Source: Eledone cirrhosa (taxonomy: Eukaryota). From it: a stretch of DNA of 64,000 nt. Of the stretch, positions 32,967-51,216 are shown piece by piece; within the stretch, counting starts at the first letter, position 1, and each line of letters begins with the position of its first letter. Made by a program: the position numbers and the translations under genes. A model generated the notes under the pieces. That model was not told where the DNA came from and made no database searches. It saw only the letters and a program-made list of their open reading frames with translations. The DNA is taken from positions 78,864,001-78,928,000 of the forward strand of contig OZ024744.1 of assembly GCA_964016885.1 (NCBI GenBank), read 5' to 3'.

Positions 32967-35788
32967 CATCCGGAGATGCTGGAGAGAAGGCAGGTGGATG
33001 TGTGCCTGCGTGCAAGAGGTGTGATGGAGAGGTGCCTCTGCGAGTCGTAGGCAAGCGTCTTAGCTATAAGCTATTCTGGGCAGGTAAGGATGATGGGTTA
33101 GGGGGAGTAGGCATTTTCCTGGCTGAGAAATGGATCAATAAGACAATAGAGGTAGTTCGAGTTAGTAATCGAATAATTAAGCTTAGATTAGTTGTAGGTA
33201 GGAGACTACCGACAATCATCTCGGTCTATGCTCCCCAAGCAGGCCTAGGCAAAGATGAGAAAGACTGATTTTATGAGCAACTTTTGCAAACAACCACAAT
33301 GATAGAGGACGGAGACATCGTTATGCTAGCAGGAGACTTCAATGGTCATGTTGCACAGCTCCAGGATGGTTACACTGGGGTACATGGTGGGCACGGTTAC
33401 GGTTCAAGAAATGAAGGAGTGAGACTTCTTGAATTTTGTGATGCGAGTACATTGACTATTTGCAACACAAACTTCCAGAAACCTGCCAATCACCTAATAA
33501 CCTACAAATCTGGTGAGCACATAAGCCAGATTGACTTCCTGCTAGTTAGGCAGCGGGACAGGCAGATAGTGTCTAATACCAAGGCATACCCTGGGGAAGA
33601 ATGTACCCCACAGCATAGGTTAGTTGTTAGTGATATCTCAGTAAGCAAGAGATGGAATGAGACATATAGGAAGGTATGGAGAAGAAAGGTCTGGAAGTTA
33701 AAAGACCTTTCACTAAAATACAAATTTAGGAAGGCCCTTCAACATGTATATGACGAAAAAGAAGACGATTTAGAGACGTTTGACATAGATAATAACTGGA
33801 AGTTCTTACGTGACAACTTGCTGCAGGCTACTGATGAAACCTGTGGCTGGAGCAGAGCTCCAACCAGACAGAGAGTGACCTAGTGGTGGAACAGCACAGT
33901 AGATAAGGCTATTAGAGACAAAAGACTAGCATGGAAGGCTCGGAAAAAGGGTGGGAGTAGGGAAGAATATACAGCCACTAAGAGAGAAGCTAGACGTCAG
34001 GTGTACTTAGCACGCAGAGAGTAGAAGGTTTGCCAATGTTCTGCGACGGGAAGATCAGAGGCGTGCAGTGTTCAACATTGCAAGGCAGTGTGTCGATGCA
34101 AATCAGGATGTTGTTGGAGATAAATGTGTCCGGGATGATGCTGGTGTACTTAGTGTCATGAATGATCAGAAAAAGGAGGCCTGGAAATGTCATTATGAGA
34201 GACTGATGAATGTGGAGAACGAATGGGAGAGAGAGAAATTACCCTTGTAGATCCGACAGAGGGACCAGCTATTGAGATTGACGAATATAGGGTCCAAGAG
34301 GCGATTAGGGAAATGAAAAATGGTAAGGCGGCCGGACCATCGGGAATAGTTGCTGAGATGCTGAAGGCATCAGGGGACGTAGGCACTAAACTGGTTGCAC
34401 GCATCATCAATCAGGCTATATATGGTGGTGTCATACCCAAAGACTGGTGCAGCAGTATTCTCATAAATTGCTACAAAGGTAAAGGGGATGCTTTGGAGAG
34501 GAGCAATTATAGGGGTATAAAACTGATAGATCAGGTTATGAAAGTGGCAGAAAGGATTTTAGCACAACTAATTAGAGAAAGGGTCAAACTAGATGAGATG
34601 CAGTTTGGTTTTGTGCCTGGGAAGAGTACAACAGATGCCCTCTTCTTGGTGAGACAAATGCAAGAGAGGTTCTTAGAGAAGAATAAGCCACTATACTTAG
34701 CCTTTGTTGACCCAGAGAAGGCCTTTGATAGGGTACCCGATCTGTCATCTGGTGGTCCCTAAGGAAGCTAGGTGTTGAGGAATGGCTTGTGAGGACAGTG
34801 CAAACTTTGTACAGAGGTACTCTCAGTCAGGGTAGGAATGGAGTTTAGTGAGGAATTCCAGATAAAAGTAGGAGTACATCAGGGTTCGGTCCTCAGCCCG
34901 CTCTTGTTCATTATAGTCCTCCAAGCCATAACAGAGGAGTTTAAGACTGGCTGTCCATGGAACTTCTCTATGCTGACGATCTGGTTCTTATAGCAGAATC
35001 AGTAGAAGAGCTAGAGAATAAATTCTGGCTATGGAAACAGCAGTTGGAAGCAAGAGGACTGAGAGTGAATCTAGCTAAGACAAAAGTGTTGATGAGTAGA
35101 AAAGAGGACTAAACCCTGATTCCGTCAGGGAAATGGCCATGTTCGATATGCATAAAAGGAACTGGCATAAATTCTATAAAATGTACATAATGCAGATCTT
35201 AGGTAAACAAGAGATGTAGTGGGATAGCAGGCAAACTAACAGGTAGGGAGAAATACGTATGCAGTAGATGTACAGGGAAATTTGACAGTAGTAGTCGCAT
35301 GGATAGACACATTTTTCAAATGCAAGAGGGCGCTATAGAAGTGGTGGATAGCTTCCGGTACCTAGGAGATCAGATTAGCATGGGAGGAGGGTGTTCCGAG
35401 GCCATAGTATCTAGAATAAGGACGGGTTGGAAGAAGTTTAGGGAGCTGCTTCCTCTGTTGACGAAGAAGGGTTTCTCCCTGCGTACAAAAGGCCGGTTGT
35501 ATGATGCCTGTGTGAGGAGCGCGATGCTGCATGGTAGCGAGACATGGGCAGCAACTGCAGAGGATATGCGACGGCTGGAGAGAAATGAGGCAAGCATGCT
35601 CCGTTGGTAGACCACGAAAAACATGGGCGGAGGTGGTGAGAACAGACCTCAGATCATTGAAGCTCACGGTGGAGATGACGAGGGACCGTGACGAGTGGAG
35701 AGATGCTGTGCTGAATAAGACCCGTCCCACCCTTGCAAGCAGGGAAAAGCGGACGTAAAATGATGATGATGATGATGACGATGATGAT
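32967..35788 (+). mobile_element. Near-full-length RTE-clade LINE (APE endonuclease + RT + Cys-rich insert), pseudogenised
   Basis: ISVYAPQ, GDFNGH, QIDFLLV, HRLVV (APE). KAAGPSG, YRGIKL, AFVD.EKAFDRV, GVHQGSVLSP, YADD (RT). Stops and frameshifts, a ~190-bp deletion at ~35607, (ATG)n tail. Confidence 0.95.
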
Positions 35789-35896
35789 TATATATATATA
35801 TATATTATATATATTATATATATATATATTATATATATATATTATATATATATATATTATATATTATATATATATATATTATATATATATATTAGA

Positions 35897-36770
35897 TCAT
35901 CATCATCATCACCATTTTACGTCCGCTTTTCCCTGCTTGCAAGGGTGGGACGGGTCTTATTCAGCACAGCATCTCTCCACTCGTCACGGTCCCTCGTCAT
36001 CTCCACCGTGAGCTTCAATGATCTGAGGTCTGTTCTCACCACCTCCACCCATGTTTTTCGTGGTCTACCTCTACCACGTCTTCCTTCAACTGGCATTTCC
36101 TGGCACTTCTTCACCCATCGGTCATCCTCCATGCGCATCACATGTCCATACCACCTCAGTCTCCTCTCCCGTACACTACATTCTATCCCTCTCAGACACA
36201 GTTTCTCTCTCAACACATTTATGCTGGGTCGTTCACGCACATTTACACTGCACATCCAACGGAGCATGCTTGCCTCATTTCTCTCCAGCCGTCGCATATC
36301 TTCTGCGGTTGCTGCCCATGTCTCACTACCATGCAGCATCGCGCTCCTCACACAGGCATCATACAACCGACCTCTCGTACGCAGGGAGAAACCCTTCTTT
36401 GTCAACAGAGGAAGCAGCTCCCTAAACTTCTTCCAACCCGTCCTTATTCTAGATACTATGGCCTCGGAACACCCTCCTCCCATGCTAATCTGATCTCCTA
36501 GGTACCGGAAGCTATCCACCACTTCTATAGCGCCCTCTCGCATTTGAAAAATGTGTCTATCAGTGCGATTTCTACTGTCTAATTTCCCTGTACATCTACT
36601 GCATACATATTTCTCCCTACCTGTTAGTTTGCCTGCTATCCCGCTACATCTCTTGTGTACCCAGGACCTGCATTGTGTGCATTTTATAGAATTTATGCCA
36701 GTTCCTTTTCTGCATATCGAACATGGCCATTTCCCTGACGGAATCAGGGTTTTGTCCTCTTTTCTACTCA
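35897..36770 (-). mobile_element. 5'-truncated RTE LINE, same family, open frame to the stop
   Basis: 284-aa ORF 35917-36771 nearly identical to the end of the adjacent copy, with an (ATG)n tail. Confidence 0.95.
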
Positions 36771-36818
36771 TATATAATATATATATATATATTATATATA
36801 TTATATATATATATATTA

Positions 36819-36861
<43 letters not shown>

Positions 36862-36889
36862 ATATTATATATATATATATTATATATAT

Positions 36890-36921
<32 letters not shown>

Positions 36922-37097
36922 TATATATATTATATATTATATATATTATATATATTATATATTATATATATTATATATATTATATATATATATATATTAT
37001 ATATATATATATATTATATATATATATTATATATTATATATATATATTATATATATATATATTATATATATTATATATATATATATATTATATATAT

Positions 37098-37132
<35 letters not shown>

Positions 37133-37587
37133 ATATATATATATTATATATATATATATTATATATATATTATATATATATATTATATATATATATTATA
37201 TATATATATATTATATATATTATATATATATATTATATATATTATATATATATATATATATATATTATATTATATATATATATTATATATTATATATATA
37301 TATTATATATATATATACATATATATTATATACATATTATATACATATATACTATATATATATTATATATATTATATATATATTATATATATATATACAT
37401 ATATATTATATATATTATATATATATATTATATATATATATACATATATATTATATATATATATGTATATATATGTATATATATTATATATATATATATA
37501 CATATATATTATATATATTATATATATATATATATTATATATATATATATTATATATTATATATATTATATATATACATATATATTA

Positions 37588-37630
<43 letters not shown>

Positions 37631-37673
37631 ATATATTATATATTATATATATTATATATATACATATATATTA

Positions 37674-37716
<43 letters not shown>

Positions 37717-37931
37717 ATATATTATATATTATATATATTATATATATACATATATATTATATATATTATATATATATATATATTATATATTATATATATT
37801 ATATATATACATATATATTATATATATTATATATATATATATATTATATATTATATATATTATATATATATTATATATTATATATATATATATATTATAT
37901 ATATTATATATATACATATATATTATATATA

Positions 37932-38640
37932 TACTTGGGGAGGGTCATATTTGTGTAATATTGCCAGAATTAATAACAGAACACACTCACTGTTAGGTTG
38001 GTTTTCGCTTCTCGCTGTCTTTATATCTGCGATCTAACTTAATCGGTCCTCAATGTTGCCATTGACTGACCGACGGTCAAAAATAATACAGATACAATAT
38101 AGACACAAACACATATATATAGTTTACATAATTTACATAAATCTTTCGTTGCACATCTGCAACATCGTCAGTGGTGTTATATTCATTGTTCCTCCTGTTG
38201 TGTTGTATGTCTACGCCATTTTTTATTCAGTCTGTCTATATATTTATTTATTTATTTGCTTGTTTGTTTATCTTATTTTATTTCGTCTTCTTTGCGCATG
38301 CGTTTGCGTGTGTGTATAGTGTTATGTGTGATGTGTGACTAGTGTGTATAGTGTTGTGTCTGCTGGGTGACTAGTGTGTGTTTATGTGCTTGTTGTTATT
38401 GTGCTTGTGTATGTATTTATTTATCTTATTTTATTTTATTTACTTATTTATACTTCTCTTAGGTCAGTGTTGTTTGTTTGGGTGTTGTTGTTGTTCCACT
38501 CATTCTTTCTGTTTAGCTTTGGTCTTCTAATTTCTATTTCACTGGCCTCTCTGATTTGCCTATCTGCTGGGTCATTCCTATGTTTAGATATTATTCTAAT
38601 TTCTATGTTGTCTATGTTACCGTCATGTTGTTGTCTAGCA
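37932..38640 (-). mobile_element. Penelope-like element 3' part (end of GIY-YIG domain + 3' UTR)
   Basis: Reverse complement of ~54895-55540 with the same terminus TGACCCTCCCCAAGTA. Hammerhead-like CTGACGA-TGTTGCA GATG TGCAAC-GAAA at 38171-38144. Confidence 0.88.
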
Positions 38641-38672
38641 ACATAACGGTAACATGTTGTCTAGCAACGATG

Positions 38673-40605
38673 TTATAAGCTTTTCTGGGTGGGAAACGAC
38701 GATGGGCTGGGTGGAGTAGGAATCATGGTAGCAGAAAAGTGGGCAGATAAGATAATAGACGTAAATAGAGTGAACGACGGAATAATTAAAATAAGACTTG
38801 TCCTCAATAGAACTACGGTGACAGTAATATCTGCGTACGCACCCCAATCCGGACTGGCCGGCTTTATAAAAGACAGATTCTATGAGACACTGATGCTCAC
38901 TACCTCCCAAATTACCGACAGTGACTATATAATTATTGCAGGCGACCTAAATGGACACATTGGACAACATTGTGACGGCTACGACGAAATCCATGGAGGC
39001 TATGGGTTTGGTACTAGAAATGAGGAAGGCTCCAGAATCCTGGAATTCTGTGACGCAAATAACCTAACTATCTGTAACACTAACTTGAAAAAACGTGACA
39101 ATCACCTGATCACCTATAGATCCGGGGAACACACAAGCCAGGTAGATTATATCCTTACCAGAAGACGTGACAGAGTGTCTGTTGTAAACACTAAATCCCT
39201 CCCCCATGAAGAATGCACCTCCCAACATAGACTGATAATTAGCGACCTCATAGTCAGAACGAGACGTACTCGACAGCAGAAGAGGACTATCCTCAGGAGA
39301 AAAATATGGAAGCTAAAGGACCCCGCAGCCAGAAATAAATTTCAAAGCATATTACTTGATGCTTTCGACAGTAAGGAAGAGCATTTAAAGTCGGACAATA
39401 TAGAGAGACAGTGGGAATTTCTGAAAGCAAACCTGCTGATGGCGACAGACGAAGTCTGTGGCTGGAGCAGGCCAGTAGGCAGGAGAGTAACATGGTGGTG
39501 GAACAGTAAGGTGGAGGGGTCAATTAAGGCCAAAAAGCAGGCTTGGAAAGTATGGCGGGATGGGGGGAAGTAGAGAAGACTATCAAGTGGCCAGGAGGGA
39601 AGCTAGGAGACAAGTGTACTTCGCAAGAAGGGAAGCAGAGGAAAGAAAGTTCAAGCATGTTCTACAATGCGAGGACCAAAAACGTGAGGTGTTCAGGATT
39701 GCTAGGCAATGTGTCAAGGAAAACCGTGATATTGTCGGGGAGAAGTGTGTACTTAATGATGACGGCGTACTTGCCATCACCGACGCTGATAAGAAGGTAG
39801 CTTGGAAGTGTCACTATGAAGGCAACTAAATGAGGAGAATAAATGGGAGAAAGACAGTCTCCCCCACATCGACCCAATAGAGGGACCAGCAGTGTTACTC
39901 GAGGGGAGTATAATAAGTAAGGCAATCAAGGATATGAAGACGGGTAAGGCGGCTGGGCCTTCGGAAATAGTCGCTGAGATGCTGAAGGCATCTGGCACGG
40001 TGGGACACACCATGGTCATCCGCATAGTTAACCAAGTCGACTGGCATAGCAGCATCATCGTTAACTGTTATGAGGGTAAAGGAGATGCCCTAGATAGGAG
40101 TAACTATAGAGGCATTAAATTAATCGACCAGGTCATGAAGGTCACGGAAAAAGTAATAGCGCAACTAATCAGAGAGAGAATTGATCTCGATGAAATGCAG
40201 TTCGGGTTTGTGTCAGGCAAAAGTACCACAGACACTCTTTTCATTGTACGACAACTACAGGAGAAGTACCTAGCTAAAGGTAAACCCCTCTACTTAGCTT
40301 TTGTCGACTTGGAGAAAGCCTTCGACAGAGTCCCCCGCTCCATTATCTGGTGGGCTCTTAGAAAACTAGGTGTTGACGAATGGCTTGTGAGAGCGATACA
40401 AGCCATGTATAAAGAAACAGTCAGCAAGGTTAGAATTAACAACGAACATAGTGAAGAGTTTAGCGTAAAAGTTGGCGTCCATCAGGGCTCTGTTCTTAGC
40501 CCCCTACTATTTATTACTGCCCTTCAGGCTATAGCAGAGGAGTTCAAGACAGGCTGCCCATGGGAACTCCTATACGCAGACGACCTGACACTCATAGCGG
40601 AATCA
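38673..40605 (+). mobile_element. RTE LINE, second subfamily, truncated at both ends
   Basis: ORFs 38689-39573 (APE) and 39892-40677 (RT up to LLYADDL). Clearly diverged from the 32967 copy at the DNA level. Confidence 0.93.
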
Positions 40606-40703
40606 ATGTTGATTTCAATGTTGAATCAAAAAGTTGATTTTAAATGGAAGTTGCATTATTACAAGGTATGTCACTAATTATTTATAAAACAGCTTATGTA
40701 TTG

Positions 40704-40767
40704 TATTTTGTCTGAGGAAGGCATACCATATTTTTAATGATATTCCAGAAATATATATAACGAAATA
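40704..40767 (+). ncRNA. Minimal type I hammerhead, intact core, in a ~40606-40900 element of the 14780-15052 family
   Basis: TATTTTGT-CTGAGGA-AGGCATACCAT ATTTTTA ATGATATTCCA-GAAA-TATATA-TA|ACGAAATA. Stem I shows a compensatory A-T to G-C change relative to 15368, and stem II is partly eroded. Confidence 0.8.
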
Positions 40768-41027
40768 AATATGGTTTTATAAATATAGTTTCCATTTGTT
40801 TAATATCGTAAACCTACTCCAGAAACTGTTGAGTGCTTTTATATCAGTTATAAAATATTTACTCGTTGTAACCCAACAATCTTAAATAAAACTTTTGCAT
40901 ATATTATATATATATATATTATATATATATATATTATATATATATTATATATATATATATATCATCATTTCATCATCATTTCAATTTACGTCCGCTTTTT
41001 CTCTGCTTGCAAGGGTGGAACGGAAAA

Positions 41028-41311
41028 TATTTAACGATTATAACACTAGAAAGTCATTAAAGTATCTAAAGTACTTATATTCAGGAAGTTTGATTTATAT
41101 ATATATTTATTTATATATGTTTATGGTATATGCGTCACACACGATACTAGTCGACAAACCTTTTGTCCACTTAACTTGATGTAAAACTTCAATTATAACA
41201 TTAACTAACAATGATTGTACTTATTATTTATTATATGTATATCGATCACTAATATCTAGAATACTCTATTTAGATACTTTAATGACTTTCTAGTGTTATA
41301 ATCGTTAAATA
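41028..41311. repeat. Perfect 43-bp inverted repeat with ~198-bp spacer
   Basis: TATTTAACGATTATAACACTAGAAAGTCATTAAAGTATCTAAA (41028-41070) and its reverse complement (41269-41311). Confidence 0.9.
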
Positions 41312-42873
41312 GTTTCTAAATTTTCTAAGTTATATAACGATTATTATTTAATTTAATCAATGGCGGTGGATTGGCAGTATCGGTAGAGGGTCGGACGCCA
41401 TGCTTTCCAGCATAGTTACGTCCCTTTACGATCTGAGTTCAAATCCCGCCGAGGTTGACTTTGCCTTTCATCCTTACGGGGTCGATAAAATAAAATACCA
41501 GTAATGCACTGGGTAATTGCTGGCCTTGTGCCTAAAGTAGAAACAATTATTTAATTTAATCAAATTCGGGTCAAGGAAATCCTTAGGTTTTCTCTTTCTC
41601 ATGTTTGCAGACATTATACTAATATATAAATTTAAAAAAAATGTTGTTGTATTTTTAAACTATATAGCTTGGATATTGGGCATTTTTAAGATCGCAAACA
41701 ATTCACTTTTTTGCTTTGAATCTGGTTCTTATCCTTATGATTCATGAAGTTTGACTTGTATATTTATAGTATATATGCATTACATGATCCTATTATAATA
41801 ATTGATCTAAAACCTTAATTTTTAACAATATTATCAGTAACTTATTTATTGTATTATTTTATATTATATATAACTGATAGGTATCATCTTAATCTTTAGA
41901 CAATATAATCTTTGTTTATATTTAGACAAATGCATATATCTAATTTAATAATAACATTTTTTAAAGTTTAATTATAAGGCCTTTAGATGTTTTAAGGCAT
42001 TCTAATTGTTAATCTTAATTTTTTTTTATTATAACTGTAATTATTTTATAAATTATATAATGCAAATTATTTTCAATATAATATAAATAATTAAATATAA
42101 TATAATAAAATTTAATAAGAATTACCTTCGTGAGGTGAAAATATGTCTTCTTTCTCATGTTTGCAAATAGTTTAAATATGATTTCATAAAATATGATTTT
42201 ATGAATTAAATATGATAGTATACTTTAATATTAATACAGATATTTATAAACTTTTATTGAAATATTATACACTTTGATTAATTCATTACTCTGAACTAAC
42301 TTAAATGATTTGAAGGTTAACGGTCAACCGGATACGTTTGGATAGTATATATAACTAATTAACTAAGGACTGGAAATTAACCTTCATATAATTACACCCA
42401 GTTATATTTAGGATTTAGATTGATGAATACTTCTAGATAATTCAATAATTTAAAGATTCTAGTTTACTCTTTCGCAAAGCTATGCCCAAATGTATAGTTC
42501 TGTATAGATATATATAATTTATCCCTCCCTATGTTTTACACTATAAAAATTAATCCTCTTTATCTCTCTCTTTGATCAATTCTCTTTTGCTCTCTATACC
42601 TCTACTAGCTATATTATCCCCTCATCTGCTTTCTGTCTGTCTTTCTTTTTTCTTTCCTCTTTCTTCAATAATTTAAATTATTTGAATCTCTAACAGTTAT
42701 GTAAATTGCTGTTATGTATTTTTAAGCTTTCTCACACGCACCCTCTGTATTATATGTATTATATGTAAGTTTTTTTCGTGTCTCAATCTTAAGGTATATA
42801 AATATTGAGTTTTGTCATATCTTAATCACTACCATGACTGGATCTTAACCATCTACTATGTCATGCATCATCT

Positions 42874-42940
42874 TATTTTATCTGATGAGGACGTACTGTT
42901 GAAGTTAGCTCAGTACCTCTGAAATATGTATAATAAAATA
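42874..42940 (+). ncRNA. Minimal type I hammerhead ribozyme, intact core
   Basis: TATTTTAT-CTGATGA-GGACGTACTG TTGAAGTTAGCT CAGTACCTCT-GAAA-TATGTA-TA|ATAAAATA. Stem II pairs 9/10 with a sequence unrelated to 15368. Confidence 0.88.
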
Positions 42941-43078
42941 TACTTGATCACAAGAAGTTCTAATTTTGTTAATATTTTGAATTGATATTAACTCTGGAAA
43001 ACCATAACTGTTGAGTGCTTCCAATCTATTGAAAAACTCATTTTTTTATTTATTCATTGAACCTTTTTTAACCTTTAA

Positions 43079-47834
<4,756 letters not shown>

Positions 47835-48034
47835 ATCATCATTCAACATCATTTCATTTTACCTCTGCTTTTTCCCTGCTTGCAAGGGTGGGACGGGAAC
47901 TGATTTCTGGCTTGATTTCTACAGGTGGATGCCCTTCCTAACACCAACTTCATTTACAGTGAGTGTTGGGTGCTTTTTTGCCGTGGTACCTCCACGACCA
48001 CTTTGCAGTGGAATGATAGGGACCTTTGTCCCTA

Positions 48035-48171
48035 TCATCTCATTTCTACAGCTGAGTAAACTGGAGCAATTTGAAATAAAGTGTCTTGCTCAAGGAAACA
48101 ACACATCACCCGGTCTGAGAATTGAACTCACAACCCTTCGATTGCAAGGCCAATGCTCTAACCACTAAGCC
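48035..48171 (-). mobile_element. tRNA-derived SINE with CORE-like segment
   Basis: Minus strand GGCTTAGTGGTTAGAGC...GAGTTCAATTCTC...TCCTTGAGCAAGACACTTTA. Related copy at ~56357-56480(+). Confidence 0.7.
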
Positions 48172-48455
48172 ATATATATATATATATATATTACATATAT
48201 ATATATATGTAATATATATTTATATATATATATAATACATCATTTTACATCTGTTGTTCCATGCTTGCATATGTCGGATGAGTCCTTCTCAGTCCACTAT
48301 CCCTCCACTTTTTGTGTTTCTTCGTCATCATGTCTACGAGCTTTTGCAATCTGCGTTCAGCTCTCACCACTTCCATTAAGGTTTTCCTTGGTCTTCCTCT
48401 CCTGTGGCTTCCTTCCACTGCAATTATTTTGCACTTCTTCACCCAGCAATTATTA

Positions 48456-50644
48456 CACTGGTCTGCAATGTTTCAAGGTCTAACATATAATACATGATTT
48501 TAGGCCAGTTTTTTGCACTGAATCCAAAAATCATGCTCATTTTACTCAATCAGATCAGGTTAATGAAATATTAGCACATTAAAATATCCTAAATTCCGAT
48601 CTATTTGTAGGTGAATAAAATGCAATATTGAAAATATTAGACTGATTTATTCACAGAAGGCTTACAAAATATTTTGAATAGATAGCAAGAAGGGTATAAT
48701 GAACTAAGGAAGCTACTCATGGATGAATGGTCTCTTCAGGGACTTCCGTTTGTGCTGAGCAGACTGCGCATCCCTCTTTAGGCACCAGCAGTAGTCGGCC
48801 AGAAAGTTGACATCCCATCGGCCTTGATAGCGTTCCTCCATAACACTGATATCTCGGTGAAAGCGCTCACCATGTTCTTCTCTGAAGTCTCCACAATTAT
48901 CTGGAAAATAGTCCAGATGAGACCGGAGGAAGTGCATTTTCACTGACACGCGCGCACCAAGTTGGCGGAAATTCTCCATTAACTCATCAACCACCTTCTG
49001 ATACTGGGAACTTCTGTGGTTGCCAAGGAAGTTTGCAATGACTGACTTAAAGGACAACCAGGCAGAGAGTTCAGCAGGATTCAGTGCATCATCAAAACTA
49101 GTATCCTTGATGAGTTCCCTTATTTGAGGACCATCAAATATACCTGCTTTAATTTTCTCCATGCTTTTTCGTTGAAACTTCTGATGGAGGAAAGCAAATC
49201 CTCCACCTTCCCTGTCCAATGCCTTTACAAAGTTCTTCATGAGACCGAGTTTGATGTGGAGGGTTGGAAGCAATATCTTGCTCGGTTCAACCAGAGGGTG
49301 GGACAAAACGTTGTGTGATCCAGGTTTTAATCCTTGTCTTAATGGCCACTCTTGTCTGACATAATGCTGGTCATCAGCACGGCTATCCCATAAGCACAGA
49401 AAGCATGGATATTTTGTGTAACCACCTTGAAGTCCTAGGATGAGTCCAACAACTTTAAGATCTCCACAAATCAGCCATTTATGTTTCTGGTAGTTCAGAG
49501 CAGACAACAGACGTTCCATGCTTTTGTGGGATTCTTTCATTTCAACTGAGTGCCCAACAGGGATCGATGAAAACTTGTTTCCGATATTCAGAAGAACTGC
49601 TTTGAGACTTCTGTCAGATGAGTCAATGAAAAGTCTCCATTCCATAGCATCATACTTCAGACCAAGTAATTCAATCAGGTCAGCAATATTGCTACAGTAG
49701 ACCAGTGAAGATGCTTCATCAAACATGAAGAATTTTCTAAATTCTCTCTCACGGTCCCGATACCAATAGAATGTTGTTTCTGGCATCAGTAGACGTTTCT
49801 CTCGAAGACGAGAACCCAGTAGCTGGGCAGACTCCTTCGAAAGGTTCAGGTCTCGTGTCAGGTCATTGAGTTCGGCTTGGGTCAAAGGCACCGGTTGATC
49901 GTCCTCTTCTGACCTGTATTCATCACACTTAGCTGTATCAATCATGTCACTAGATTCGGAATCAGAACTAGATTCCATGGTGACATTTGGCTCAGGAACA
50001 GGAAGATCGGGGCCATGGGGGACTGGCTTTATGGCAGAAGGAATATCAGGGTATTGAACATGGTGCTTGTTCTTGCGATTGATGCCTTTTAGATTTGTCA
50101 TGCAAAAGTAGCGGTCGGTAACGTGATCTTTCCCTTCCCTCCACACCATTGGGACACCAAATGGCATACTCTTCCTTTTCTTGTTCCTCCAATCCCGTAA
50201 GTTCTCTACACGTTTTGCAGCAGATATGGGGAGCGAATAGCTTATCCTGGTCCCCTAGTTTGACTCCAAAGTAAGCGTGATATGCCTTCTTCACAAAATC
50301 CGTGATTTTTGCTTGACGGTCTGGAAGAACCACATGTCCGCAGATATAACAGAACCTATTAGGATGGTTTTTACACTTCCGATCCATTTTTCTAGACCTG
50401 AAAAGAGAAATAAAAATAATTATTAAAGGTTACCCACGACCCGGTTTTGCAAAAGCAAAGCCCATAAACGCTTGGATTGCGATATTTTAGAAAAATATGC
50501 TGGAAAAGAAATAGACTGTATCTTAGAAACCAGACCTGACCCAGAAAAATAAATTGTATTTTTGAATTCAGCATGCAAAAAGGGTCCTAAATCATTTGGA
50601 AAACTCTTGACCTTTTAAAAAAAGTTTTGAAACGCAGACCAGTG
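48456..50644 (-). mobile_element. Full-length Chapaev3-type (CMC superfamily) DNA transposon inserted in an old RTE 3' fragment
   Basis: Termini CACTGGTCTGC / GCAGACCAGTG, 3-bp TSD TTA (48453-48455, 50645-50647). Flanks rejoin into RTE sequence. Confidence 0.85.
48713..50387 (-). pseudogene. Chapaev3-type transposase with a single apparent frameshift
   Basis: N-terminal FCYICG...PHICCKTC zinc-binding region, then VPMVWRE, WRLFIDSS, ICGDLKVV, PCFLCLWDSR, LHIKLGLMK, EHGERFH. A 2-bp loss near 50208 separates the two ORFs. Confidence 0.88.
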
Positions 50645-50898
50645 TTATCCATGCACATCTTATGTCCATACCTATGTAGTCTTCTCTCCTGCACACTATC
50701 TCTGATAGATATCGTTATAGTATTATTAGTTTTCTGCTATATATATTGTGTATATATATATATTCATCTAAGTTTGGTGGTTCACCACTAGATAGAACTG
50801 GTCATTCTGTAACCATGATGTATTAGTAGGAAAAGCAGTCAACATTATGAAACTCTTTGATGTTGAATCCTGTTGGATGATGCAGGAATGGAGTTAAT

Positions 50899-51216
50899 TA
50901 TTATTGAGTAAAATGACAGATGGCCGGAAAGCAAAATTCTTTCGAAGTTTTATTTATGCAAGAACATCATTAGGTGTATAATAGTTATATAACAAAGGAA
51001 TAAATGTAAACATAATCCAAGAGGCTATAAGGAGTAAAAGCTCTTGGATTGCATTTACCATTATTCCTTTATTATATAACTATTATGTAATATACACCTG
51101 ATGATGTCACTGGGATCCTACGTAACCTGGCCACTGAAATATATATATAGTGTTTGCAGAAATAAAACTTTGAGGAATTTTGCCAGTCCAGCCTCCTGTC
51201 ATTTTACTCAATAATA
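50899..51216. repeat. Old palindromic element with a hammerhead in the right arm
   Basis: TATTATTGAGTAAAATGACAG...CTGTCATTTTACTCAATAATA outer arms, inner AATCCAAGAG/CTCTTGGATT. Confidence 0.8.
51094..51153 (+). ncRNA. Type I hammerhead motif, intact core, eroded stem II
   Basis: ACAC-CTGATGA-TGTCACTGGG...CCTGGCCACT-GAAA-TATATATA-TA|GTGT, followed by AATAAA. Confidence 0.7.
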
